Source of the DNA: Tubulanus polymorphus
Lineage: Eukaryota; Animalia; Nemertea
Length of the DNA stretch: 64,000 nt
Reading direction: 5' to 3'
NCBI RefSeq assembly: GCF_964204645.1
Contig: NC_134025.1
Coordinates: forward strand, 26,826,299-26,890,298
Numbering within the stretch: position 1 is the stretch's first letter; each line of letters starts with the position of its first letter. This document shows, piece by piece, positions 26,267 to 38,500 of the stretch. The translations under genes and the position numbers were made by a program. A model generated the notes under the pieces. It did not search any database and was not told the origin of the DNA. It saw nothing but the letters and a program-made list of their open reading frames with translations.

Positions 26267-27134
26267 ATGGTTGCGTGGTCTGGTGGTATGATTCTTCAAT
26301 CACTTTTACTATGTGGATTGATCATTCCTGTTCACACAATATACGAACTTGGAGAAGGTACAATGACAAACCACTACAAATAATATCAGATCTACACAAA
26401 GCCAGATCTACAAAAAATAATGCATGATATTAAGATAGATTTTATTTTTCGTTAGCTGAATGTAAAGATATGTTCAGCAGTGAACTACAGCACAGAGGAG
26501 ACCCGAATCATTCGTTTCTTAAAGATTATTTTGTAAACGGAGATTGCAGAACGTGCAACTGTTCATCATATTTAACCAATGGAATTTGTTATGAGTACGT
26601 AAATGTTTAGAATTTTCAACCGTTAAATCATTGTCCCATAATTTCAGTAATTCGGGATAACTGAATACTCTTTCGTTTGATTTTCATAGTTGTCCATCAA
26701 TAAGACTGTTTGGATATGAGAAGGAATCGGCTGTCGAAGAGAATTGTTATTACACAACTCGTATAGGTGAAATCACGGCTCCTTCGCTGTGCTGTGAGAA
26801 TGTCCGTGTATGCCAAACCGGCGAAAATGAGCAGCATTTTTCCACTAGTATGTATAACCGATTCAAGGATCATACAGCAAATGATGAAAATGATGACAAA
26901 CTGTTCATGGAGCAAGAACCACTGGCGGCTGCGATATATTATCCAAAAGGAATGAGCCCAGAAGGAAAGGGTCCACAAGGCAACGTTCCCCAAGGAAAAG
27001 GTCCCAAAGGAAAAGGTCCACAAGGCAACGGTCCACAAGGAAAAGGTCCACAAGGCAACGGTCCACAAGGAAAAGGTCCACAAGGCAACGGTCCCAAAGG
27101 AAAAGGTCCACAGGGACAAAAATTCACAGCATAA
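26267..27134 (+). CDS. Secreted protein: signal peptide + 10-Cys single vWC(SVWC)-like domain + acidic linker + GPQGK/GPQGN pentapeptide tail (3 exons)
   Basis: Exons 26267-26357, 26456-about 26594 and about 26690-27134 join in frame: ...ECKD...DCRTCNCSS...ICYDCPS...NCYY...LCCENVRVC..., continuing into the 26850 ORF. Confidence 0.75.
26964..27116 (+). repeat. Coding 15-nt tandem repeat (30-nt higher-order unit) encoding G(K/N)GPQ
   Basis: About 10 copies of gg(aaaa/caac)ggtcc(acaa/caaa) visible in the DNA. Confidence 0.9.
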
Positions 27135-27427
27135 GATATGAATCATTCATTTTATGATAATAAAAACAGCAAATCTACATGATTTTCTCCATTTCGATTC
27201 TTATTCTTAGTAAATTATGTTCTATAAATCGGAGGTATATGATTACATATCCACATTTTATGACATTGACAACGTACGTTTTAATCAGTCTACCACGACT
27301 CAACAGTATTATCAGAAGGATTTATATCGGGTTTAAATAGGATTTTCATTAATCACCAATGATCTTTTGATTGTGGAAACTCTAATAAAATACCGCCAAT
27401 TGGATCGGTTTAGATTCACTTGCTAAC

Positions 27428-28642
27428 ATGCATTTGGTTGCAGTGACCGTTTCAGCACTTCTGGCCATATTTTCTCTCAAATGCCAAGCTAGTGATATAG
27501 TTCTTTTAGAGAGTGATATAGTCGGCACCTGTACGAGAGATTGCAACGATCTACCTACAAAGTACAATGTCCATGGCTGCAGAAAATTGTCAAGATGTAA
27601 ATTGAACTCAATCGGCTGGAATAATGGCTTCGTTAGATGCGATTATTGCAGATGTTCGTGTGAAAAAGAAGAATCTGAAAATGATATCACGGTAAGGTTT
27701 AATAGATACTTTCACTTGTTTAGAATCTCTTTTAAGCATTATCATATTTTGTAGACATCAGAACTGTATGAATGTTTCAAGTTTGATCTGTTATTGAATG
27801 ATGAAACCTAGGTATACGTCTTAACGGTCTTATACATTTCATTGCAGGTTTCTCTAAGCTATATTAGCCAAGCGGAGAAAGAACTATTCGGCACTTGCAC
27901 TGGGACATGTGTGCATTATGGTTTGGTCAGAACGAATGCATTTGGTTGTAGCCAGGTTAGAGAATGTGGGCTGGATAAAGAGGGAGGTCTATCCGGTTTC
28001 TATCGCTGTGATCATTGCGTATGCAGCTGCGTGAAAACAAAAAATGCGGCCAAATATACTTTGAATAACATGAAATTTGATATGAGTGAAGCGTCGTTAG
28101 AAATGGGCCAACCGATCAGCATCGCTCGAACCATCGTATCAAATAAAGGAATAGAACCTCAGCGTATTCAACGTACGTTGAGTTTCACTCACGTATCGGA
28201 AACATCGGTCACCAACCAACATTCACTCCAATCAGGTCTTTCAATAAAGGTTACTAGTGGTATTTCATTCCCCGGTCCTATAGGTATAGACAGTGATCTC
28301 TCAATGACCGGCACAATTACAACCGGTTTTACGTACGCTGTCGGGGAACGAAAAGCTAAAAGTCAAACAGATAGTTTAATGGCCTGGCCAGATATACCTG
28401 GGAAAAGTCAGAAAGAAATTCTGATCATCGGCCATCGAATGCAACTGGATGTTCCGTATGAAGCCGATCTCGAGATTACGTACGAGGATGGAAGCACCAA
28501 AGAGAAGCATGTAACTGGCGTTTACACTAATGTTGATATGGGGCAATTTCATGTCTACTATAAAGAAGCAGTACCTCTCAGCCGTAGTCCAGCTGACGGC
28601 AGAGTGATTGGGTGGGATATCAATGTCAGTAAGCCAATGTAA
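27428..28642 (+). CDS. Secreted aerolysin/ETX-MTX2-family beta-pore-forming toxin-like protein 1 (exons 27428-27691, 27848-28642)
   Basis: Signal peptide; two 8-Cys repeats; C-terminal natterin-like aerolysin domain (YTLNNMKFD, N...Q, S/T-rich strands, alternating hydrophobic hairpin, LDVPYEADL, VTGVYTNVD). Confidence 0.85.
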
Positions 28643-29583
28643 TTGAAGTTCAGTATTGAAATAAAGATATCGTATTCATTAATCAAATATATATGTCTTG
28701 TATCATTACCGCTGTGATTCAAAATCTATACTGAAATCGTTCAAATATTTTGATGCATTTAGAATCGATTTTTGTACCTTGGAAATGTGAGATATTTCTA
28801 GATTGGATCAACGAGAAATATTGGAAACTGGAAGAAATAAGAACTGAATGACAAATGAAACCAGCTTCTCGGATCCCTTTCATTGCATCAGTCATCCGTC
28901 GCTCATTATCAATCAGTGATGTTTTCAGAGGGAACTTTCATTTGGAGGTCTTGCATTTGCAATTACTGAGATCATTTTGAATTCTTCCGTTATACGGCCG
29001 TTCAAATTGTACATTATAGTCCGTGAAACCGTTTTTCTCTATTGAATATTCTGAACTACTCAGACGAAGGAGTTGTACATTACCATTTCTTCAACGATTA
29101 AGAGTGGAGTTTTGCCCTAACCCTGCCTGTACTATGGACATGTACGGAAGATGATCATTGCAGGCGAACGTAAAAACATTTCGGGAAAATGTACTCAAAC
29201 TTTTGACTCACGGAAAAGGATCCCAAAATCCCGACTTGACAAAGATATTTCGGACGTTATTTCCTGCGAAGGAATATGCAACGATTTCACCATTATTCTC
29301 CGTTGAAAAAAAAAATGACGGGTTTATATATCACATACGATGAAATTTCTTCCTAGCAATTTTCGGGGATATCTTTGTTCGGTGAAAATGATTTGCTAAA
29401 TAATATTTGCTAAATCCAAGAGGATGTAATTTAGTTTATGATACCCATAATCATACTCGATAAAAACTAAATTAAAGATTGAAATCCAGTGATTGGCTAT
29501 TCAGCATTAAGGTTTCTCGTCGACTGTCAGCTGTACAAATCATACTCATATTCCAATGAGCATGTTCTTTTCTTGGACACCAG

Positions 29584-29655
29584 GGACCTCATTTACTAAC
29601 GCCACGCAACGCTAATCATCCACGCAAACTTGCGTAACGTTAGCGAACAAGGTCC
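29584..29655. mobile_element. Tiny palindromic PIF/Harbinger-type MITE with CAG target-site duplication
   Basis: cag|GGACCTCATTTACTAACGCCACGCAA...TTGCGTAACGTTAGCGAACAAGGTCC|cag: imperfect TIRs covering most of the element and a 3-bp CAG direct repeat (CWG-type TSD). Confidence 0.6.
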
Positions 29656-30909
29656 CAGGCCTTTGGTCGCGTGCGTTAAAATTAGAAAATAATCAACATC
29701 AGCGGTTCCTGTTGCTAATCAAATAAGATGTAAACTTATCCAAATAGAAATTAAGGCTTAATATTATTAGATATATATTCGTTGTTTTAAAGCTATAGGC
29801 CTACTGAGGGCGTAAAGCTAAGTGGCGTTTTATCACCAAACACTTACAAAAACTTCTTATCTTATGAACGGCAACCTTTTTTTCTGTTAGATTTGGCTAT
29901 TACGATCGAAAATTGATTTTTAGGAGATACACGTTATAATGAAAATTTCACGAATGCTCCTCATTGATATTGGTACACGCACTCGAGTATATATGGATAT
30001 TCGTTGTATATGGTTTAGAATTCTGAACCCGACTGATAAACTAGTTTAATAACTAGTACGGAATCAAATTGCAAATTACTTATATTTCTACAAAGAACCG
30101 TACATTATACAACATCAATTTCGAAACCGATCTTCACATCGGCAGTCTTCTAAAAATTACAAGATTTTCCAGACCGGCTGCGCGCCATGGACGTTTGCTG
30201 TTATCAAACTGTCAATAGTTTTTCTGCCCCCCCCCCCTAAAAAAATCTTGACTTATTCCTATGGCCTGAAACTCAGGGGTTGGCTGTCATATTGGGAACG
30301 TATTTAATAGGATGACTGTGTAGCGATTTTCTTCCGAAGAATATCGGCGGCCGCGCAAAAATAGACTTTTGGTTTTTGTGCGCGCGCAGAAACGAAGTAA
30401 TTTGTTTTTGCGCTCTAGGATTTGTTTTTTGGTGGTAAAATTTGCGCATTTTCGTGAAGGAGAAGAAAATATTGACACGTCTTGAATCGGCCACCATATT
30501 TATGCTATCGATTTATAAATCTTCGGTGGATTGAAAGTATGTAAAACAAACGACCTCATATGTTAACAAAATATATATTCTATATATTGTAAGAGTGTTT
30601 GGTAAATAGCTATGGGTTCAGATGCCCATCCTATCAGATAACTTAGGAAGGTATATATATAAATGCGCGTGATTTCCATGGAATGTTTTACGATGGTTGA
30701 TGTTTCTGGAATAACCGATGCTGATGTTACATTCCCAGGTTTGAATAATATCCGTGATCCTGCAAAATTCGGTCTTAACTGATAAGATAATTCTGTTGTC
30801 TGTATCTATCCGCAGCTTAACGTTAATCAAATAATTGAATCCGGATAGTTTTGTTGATGATATATAGGCAATATATTGCATAGACGTGGTAGATCTGCCA
30901 CATACGAAA

Positions 30910-32103
30910 ATGAATTCGATCTTCTTGCTCGTCGGAGTTTCCCTGCGCCTGCTGCTCGCTCTTGCGGCGGACGAAGAATACGTCGAAGACATTATTCTTA
31001 GCGAAAGCGACATAGCTGGAACTTGTAAATCGACCTGCGGTGATTTGCCGACCAAATACGAAGTTCACGGTTGTAAGAAATTGTCGGCATGCCGCCTAAA
31101 TAGTGTTGGTTATAATTATGGCTTTTACAGGTGTGATTTCTGCAGATGCGATTGCCAGAAAATCGCCAAGAAAAAAGATATAAAGGTAAGAATGAATGAA
31201 ATGTTTGCATGATGTGAATTTCGATGAATGATATGCATTGTACCTTTATATTCTATTCATTTGCCGCAAATAGTTTATTTTTCGTACATTATATCTTTCA
31301 AGGTATCCGAAACCTTACTGAGCAAGACAGAAAAAGAGCTATTTTCGACATGCAAAGGCTCCTGCCAGGCTTACGGTTTAGTGCGTACCAACGCGTTTGG
31401 TTGCAATGAAGTTCGTGACTGCAAGCACGAATTAAATGGTTGGAATGATGGTTTCGTTAGGTGTGATTACTGTACATGTAAATGCTTAACTAAGAAAAAT
31501 GCAAACACCTATAAGCTAGTCAATATGAAATACGACATGGATAGTAGTGTATTGACGAAAGGAAAACCGATAGCGATGGCTGAAACAATTATCGAAAACG
31601 AAGGCACCGACAAACAGCGTATTCGACGAACTCTGACGTTCACTCATATATCAGAGTCTTCGGTAACCTCCACCCACAGTTTCGAGTCAGGTTTAGCGAT
31701 ATCCGTTTCTGTAGGCGTAAAGATATCAGCGGCGGGTGTTGGGGCCAATGGTGGCATGACAGTAACTGGTACCCTAACGAGTGGATTCAAATATAGCGCC
31801 GGCGAAAAAGATACGCGAACACAATCTGATACTATTATGGTAGAGGCATACGTGAATCCTCAGCATAAAAAATTGGTACACATTATAGGCTACCGCATGC
31901 AGTTAGATGTCCCTTACACTGCCGACCTTGAAATAACCTACGACGATAACAGCACCGAAACTAAGCATATAGAAGGCGTTTTCACGAGCGTCGATATGGG
32001 TGAATTTCATGTAAATTATGAAGAATCCACGCCATTACCAGGTTGGAATGGCAATACTGAAAACAATCACGGAGGATCCGCAGCAGGTGGTGATAAGAAA
32101 TAA
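30910..32103 (+). CDS. Secreted aerolysin/ETX-MTX2-family beta-pore-forming toxin-like protein 2 (exons 30910-31185, 31303-32103)
   Basis: Paralogue of 27428-28642 with the same phase-0 intron: signal peptide, two 8-Cys repeats, YKLVNMKYD...LDVPYTADL...IEGVFTSVD. Confidence 0.85.
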
Positions 32104-32474
32104 CGAAATATTCCACAATTTAAGTATCCGATATTTCTTTTGGAGCATTTCATAATAGACAATTACTAAACTAAAAAGTATCTAAATAGTGGTTTCTCTT
32201 TTCTGTTTTCTCTTTTGGTATTTTGAGGTAATTCTGCATTTCTATATTTTCTCTTTTGAATGATATGGATGAGAATGGACCGCTTTGACTGATGTACATG
32301 TTTGCTTTCGTTCGAACCATCCGAGTGACCATCAAATCACACCGATAATCATCGACACAACAAGACACATGACTTCATTTTTATATTTCCTTACACTATT
32401 TTAATAATAATTTATACATATATCCTTGAGTAAAGACATAAACAGATCTTGACGTCCATTGTACACTCCCGATA

Positions 32475-35037
32475 TCACACTTCAGCTTCTAAATAATGAA
32501 TTTTCAACAGCTTCGCTTGGAATGGTTTGCTAATCTATAATGAAAAATCAAATCCGCCTTTTAGAATCATGTAGCTTTTCGAACTGTGTTAGTAGGCGAC
32601 AGCGTAAATATCTAATTGCAATTCTACTAAATGATAATGCGCAAGGTGAAAAGCCTGTTAGGCATGCAGCGCTAGGGAGGTAAGATTTGGTTATGGTAAT
32701 GGTCAAATCTTACCATATTGCCACCTAAAATGCAATCGGAATCAAGATCAGTCAGTATGATCAAGTATATGGGCGAGAATATGTAACTATACAGTCATCT
32801 TTTGTCGACTGTAACTTTTTTCCGTTAGAATATTCTACTCACATGGTAAGATGGATTCTCGTTTGATGAGCTACCATTTTCACAAGTATCTAAAAGATCA
32901 TTCTGTGAATCCACGTCTTCAGGGATTTCGTCCATAACAACATACCTGCAAATAGATATTTTGGTTATAGTCCCATCTCAACCAATTCATAAACTTACTA
33001 ATGTTACTAAGAGGAATACCTACATTTCATTTTGTCTATTAATTCGATGACGCCTCGTTCTCCTTTTGAACATGATTACTAGAACAACTATTACAATTAC
33101 AATGATTACGACGGCGATGCAGATACCGCCAACGACTGAGCTCTTATTTATGCCCTTGGTCTTAGCATATAATTCACAATTCGACATAACGACGCTCTCC
33201 AATTGCGCGCATCTGGAAGATTAATAGCGCAAAAGGACATATTTGTAATGATCATTTCTTAAAGGGTCAGGGGTTGGGAAACTGATATTTATGATACATA
33301 CGTGCATTTCGTTTTTTCAAGATTACAAGAAACATCGTTAAGGCAAATACCATCACATTTACGGATGCATCTGCCACCAAATCTATCTTTGCTAGATATT
33401 ACACATTTTCGTTCTTCACTGCATATAGTGCCAGATGTATTACAAATCGAGACGACATCTAACATTACATAAATAGACAATTGCTTAGCGGTTTGCAACG
33501 ATGAAATTATTTCCAAAGACATCTTGAATTCTTTGAGATAAGAAAGTTACTACCTGGAAGGCTATTTCGCTCATTGAAAGAAACATCTAGATGAGCCTCG
33601 TTGATAACTGTAGATTCATTCATGATAACAGGACGAATCACGTATTGTGTGAGCAATGATTTCAGTGAGAAGTTAGCATTGTGTCTTAGTTCCTGATTAA
33701 GGGATATTGCAGCAAAGATTGCCTCGAATGTGACGAGTATACTTCCTTTTCTGAAAGATTTCAATTCACCGACTGACCATAGTAATCATAACCAGTGTTA
33801 CATTGCAGAAGTTAGACGGGACTAACCTTAATTTGAACTGATCCAGGCGTCGGAATCCAACGATTTTTCTGAATTGGGGTTTCAACTGAAATGAACGAAA
33901 GATACTAGATGTATTTATCTAAACTCGAATTAAAGTAATAATAAAAGGTAGCAATATTGATTACTAGAAAGGTTTGTTACACATACTTTTTGTGATATAG
34001 TCTCAATGAATGATCTATATAGATCGGATTTTTCATCTGAGAGACCTTCGTCAAATTTACCCCGAATCTTAAATTTCATCGGAATTTTCAGTTCGCTGTT
34101 ACTCTTCACTACAAATGTGAATAAAACTCTTAAGATACGATATCGACCTATTTATGAAAGTGACACATACATTGCGTAACTTACGTCTTAAATCTTCTGG
34201 AGTAGCCGGCACTGTAGGAAGGCGGTTCGTGGTCATTTTTTCTGATGACCGAGCCGCCTCTTGCGTAGTTTTAGGTTTAGTTGTTATTTGCTTTGTGTTT
34301 TTTGTTATTTCTTCCGTCGCTGAATACGTCGGCTGAGATTCGGTTGTGGTCATTTTTTCTGTTGTTGAAGATGTTGTTTGTGGTATGACTGAAGACGCCA
34401 TTGTGGGTGTTATTTCCGATGTCGTTGTTGGTGTTATTTCCGATGTCATTGTTGGTGTTATTTCCGATGTCGTTGTTGGTGTTATTTCCGATGTCATTGT
34501 GGGTGTTATTTCCGATGTCATTGTTGGTGTTATTTCCGATGTCATTGTTGGTGTTATTTCCGATGTCATTGTGGGTGTTATTTCCGATGTCATTGTGGGT
34601 GTTATTTCCGATGTCATTGTTGGTGTTATTTGCGATGTCGTTGTTGGTGTTATTTCCGATGTTATTTTTGGTGTTATCTTCGTTGTTGCTTCGGTGATTA
34701 TTCTCGATGTCGTTTCTGGTGTTGTTTCGTTTTCCCCTGTCTTCGCACTAGCACTGCTCACAGTTATAGTTATGTGTGTCGATGATGTCTGGGCGGTGGA
34801 ATTGCCTGGTATTGTCGTTGTATTACCTTTCTTGGTTGTAGGTATAATTATCTTACGCGTTGACCTACGGGAATTTCCTACTTTGGTCGAATTCTCCATT
34901 TGTTTCTTCGTTATTTCAACTACACTCTCGATGGAACTGGTACCAATAATCTCCGTGGTAGGTGTATATGTTACATTGGCTCCGTTCACCGCTGCGACCC
35001 GTAACAACACCAGAATAAAAAGTGCACAGCGAAACAT
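32475..35037 (-). CDS. Type I transmembrane mucin: signal peptide, PTS domain, SEA domain, EGF-like region, TM helix, cytoplasmic tail (8 exons)
   Basis: MFRCALFILVLL signal; Thr-rich repeats; SEA with autoproteolysis motif RKG^SILV; Cys-rich EGF-like exon; TM VVGGICIAVVIIVIVIVVLVIMF followed by KRRTRR; tail with NPSY and C-terminal EAEV*. Confidence 0.85.
34399..34680 (-). repeat. Coding 24-nt VNTR, about 11-12 copies of TSEITPT(M/T)
   Basis: Tandem ggtgttatttccgatgtc(a/g)ttgt(t/g) units visible directly. Confidence 0.95.
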
Positions 35038-38000
35038 GTTCTGTAAATTGTAAATCTTTCGTGAATATGTATGCATGATTCAAAATTAGAGCAATATGAT
35101 CTATGGAACATAATTCATTCGGCCATGTGTATATTGGATTATAACATACAATGCCGTTGATTGCATAAAACACCAGGAAGTATTTTGGCACGAACACCAT
35201 TTCAATACTCTACGCCCAGTGAAAACGCAATTGAAAATCAACGTAATAGAAAATTGAGTTGTAATCGGGTCATTCAAAGATTCGTTCCAGTTACAAAACC
35301 TCTATAAAATAAGTCCCAATCATGTTTAAGACGTTACTATAACCTTGGAGTAATCGTCGATGATTACCCCAAACTATAAAATGTCTTACCCAAGTTCTGA
35401 TCTTGTTTGACACTAGCCCATCTTGACGGTTAACACAATGTCATAGTATTTTTCAAACAAACAAAAAATAACAAGGACAACAAAGTAGACCGTGCAAAGT
35501 CACAGTAAAATGCTTGTTACCTACCACGATTCCCTTACGTGATGTTAGATAGCAGAAATAATAGTGTTGTTGTCTGTTTATCTGCCCTAGATAATGAAGA
35601 TGTTGATGTGACATTTGAATAGCTCAATATAAAAGACTTACTGCTACTGTGCTTTCATTCTGTCTGAGCGAAAAACTAAAATTTAAGCTTGTTGCGGTGT
35701 CGTAGGTTTTCCCTTATAAGGGTTCACTATAACTCATTATAGTTACAAATAGCCAGTTGCGATGTTTTACAGTGCTTTTAACTTCCGGGTGATCAGTCTA
35801 ACTAGGTCTGTTTGTGGTGTGGCCAGCAATCCCTGTTTTCTACTTTCGGTTAATTTCAGCTCATTATCGCCAACGATGGCTTCTGCGTGTATAGAATTAG
35901 TGCTTAATTGTTGGTAAAATTACACGTCATAACTGTTGCCGTGTTGTGTCTAGATAGATGTTATATATATCCTATATATTACGATATCCAGTGTATCAAT
36001 GATTGAATTCAACGTATCACAGTAATTGTCTCATAGTCGTGTCTCCTCTATCCATCGCACTAAACATACATAAAGAGATGTATTCTTGATCCTACTCATT
36101 GAAATCCACGGTCGCGAACAGAAAGAATCAATTTGACAAGGATTGACAATTTTAATTTGTGAAAGTTTTTATTAACCATGTGTAGTGAGGTCCACAATAA
36201 TGTTTATACAATATACACCAAACCACGTGTGAAGGCAGTCGAGGATATGTCAATTAAAATTAAATGATTGAAATTTCAATGATCGTCAACAATATTAGCA
36301 ACACTTCACTCCGCCAGGAACCAGCAGAGACGGAAGTCAGCAATATTTCTTGTGTCTAAAGATGTTCAAATAATTACAAGTTTTTCACATTAAAACGGAT
36401 AGGGTGGTATAATAGAAATGATAATACATGTTTAAGTGATTAGCAAGGTATATCGACATTTCAATTCAAATTTTGAACACATTAACATAAAGAAAACATA
36501 TATAGACCTCGTCAGCAGTAAATTACCAGCTATTGGTGAACAATTTAAATGATGATAATACATTATCTTATCACCGACCGGTGGAGCAAAACATACAGAC
36601 CATTTTATTCGTTGACAAACGTTGAAATGTTTCATTTAATATCTTGTTTTTTTTTCCTATTGCACACAATTTAGAATTTATGTTTGTTTTAAAGCAATTA
36701 TCATACATCGAAGAATGACACGCAAAATACTTCATCGTATTAACCGGTTACTTTTTGCCAGTTTTTCAGATTAAATGAAGAACATAATTTTAGGAAGTCG
36801 GTTTCGCGACTGCGACTATCATTACCAGGTTGTCTAAGTGTGGCTTCCGTTCACAAGGCCCACAATTGAGGCGACAAATCAATATGCCTCAATATGAAAC
36901 TATTCATTTGTAGCGGAAATAATGCGAAGTAATTCGATGTATACGAACGTTTGATTATCACATATCCCACGAATTATATGGGCATTCTATCGAAAATTCA
37001 AACAACACCAATATAACAGTTATTGGTAATAACAGCATCAGCTATTCAACACGGTGAAATGGGTGGTTCGTGTATACTGAGCTGCCAACTGATTCTTGAT
37101 CTTTCGTTTTTTTTTTCGTTCTGAGAAATATGGATTTGATTTTGTCAATCCTTGATTACTATCAATTAAGATATTCTGCCGATTTGTTGCTTAGAGAGCA
37201 CTTTTTTCAGAGGTTGACAGCCCTGTGTTCGATATTCACCCACTATGTGACTCGTTTCAAATACTACATTAAACCTTTCTATGGAATATCTATTTGACAT
37301 GTTTTTTTTTTCAGATTGATTCAATTTTGATAGTCATAATTCTGCTTTGAAAGACAAAAAACACGATATAGCGCGCGCACTTCCTTCGCGTATGGAAAGT
37401 TTAAGGTAGTGTTTGGTACATATACATCACTTTCAAGAGAATCTTTTGAATAATCGATGAAGTGATTCTGATAAATTTGGCGATAAGCTGTGGTCAATGG
37501 ATTGGAAAAAAATATAATACACAAACAAGACGAACGATGGATCCCACTCATCGGCCCTTTTCAGCAGGACGGCACGGCCAATAAGGCACCGGCGGCCCGG
37601 ATCCAACACATGTGTTGATTCTATCCTATATTCTATACTTTTTCTTCATCTGTCATCAGATGTATCAGTTGCGCTGGTCAAGCGCTAACTGAACTAAACC
37701 ATATTCGCTTTTTCTCTTTTCTGCCCACTCTTACTCTCAATCATTCCTGGGGCCAAGTAATTCCGCACATATTTATAGCCAAGCTGAGTTTATTCACATG
37801 TACGCCCGACGGGGTATCACAGATCAGCCGTGTTTAGCTTGGACGAGTTATTTAAAAAGACATCTTCAATCCCTCTCTGGATTCGCGTCTAGCTATAAAA
37901 TATGTTGTGGTGGCGATGGTGTGATTTACCTGTATCCTTTCTTTCTTGGCACAAATGGTAAAATTTAACCAAATTCTGAAATCATGAATCGTTCAGAGAA

Positions 38001-38500
38001 ATACGAATTTCAGAGCTATTAACTTGAAATACACGAGTACTATATTCAGAGCGGTTTATCACTGCACATTCTACACATCAAATAACCACACAGCCTCCTT
38101 TGAGTTTAAGACATCGCTATCATCGATATATTGATTAAAAGCAAAGACGGCAATTATATTGTATTGAGAGCTAGTCTACGTCTGTGACATGAATTTCATC
38201 GAATGATAGAAATACATTTAATATGACGTTGTATGTTTAACTAGAGGCAACTATATATTTCATAATATAATGATAACAGTGCGATGTTATATTTAAATGG
38301 TCGTACGTGTGACGTATATTTACAAACGAACAGAAAGACGAAATAAATTGTTAAACCAAAACAGTCACAATACTTGTGTTGATAAACTCGAGATGATGAC
38401 ATGTTATCAGAGATTGGAGATTTGACACTGAAGAAAGCATGTTGTTAGTGTTTATTCAGCAACGATAAGTTAGTTAATCTCGTTAGAATATCTCGATCCT

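Noticed and set aside
26964-27116. Collagen call for the Gly-Pro repeat
   Set aside because: The period is 5 residues, not G-X-Y triplets.
26697-27146. Three - strand repetitive ORFs (including a GPFPC Cys-rich one)
   Set aside because: Antisense reads of the GPQ repeat; only the + frame joins a signal-peptide exon chain.
34399-34680. CRISPR-like appearance of regular repeats
   Set aside because: Head-to-tail tandem units with no unique spacers, in a eukaryotic coding exon.
34346-35053. 235-aa Val/Ile-rich + strand ORF and overlapping 98-aa ORF
   Set aside because: Antisense shadows of the Thr-rich mucin VNTR; the - strand has the signal peptide and spliced SEA/EGF/TM exons.
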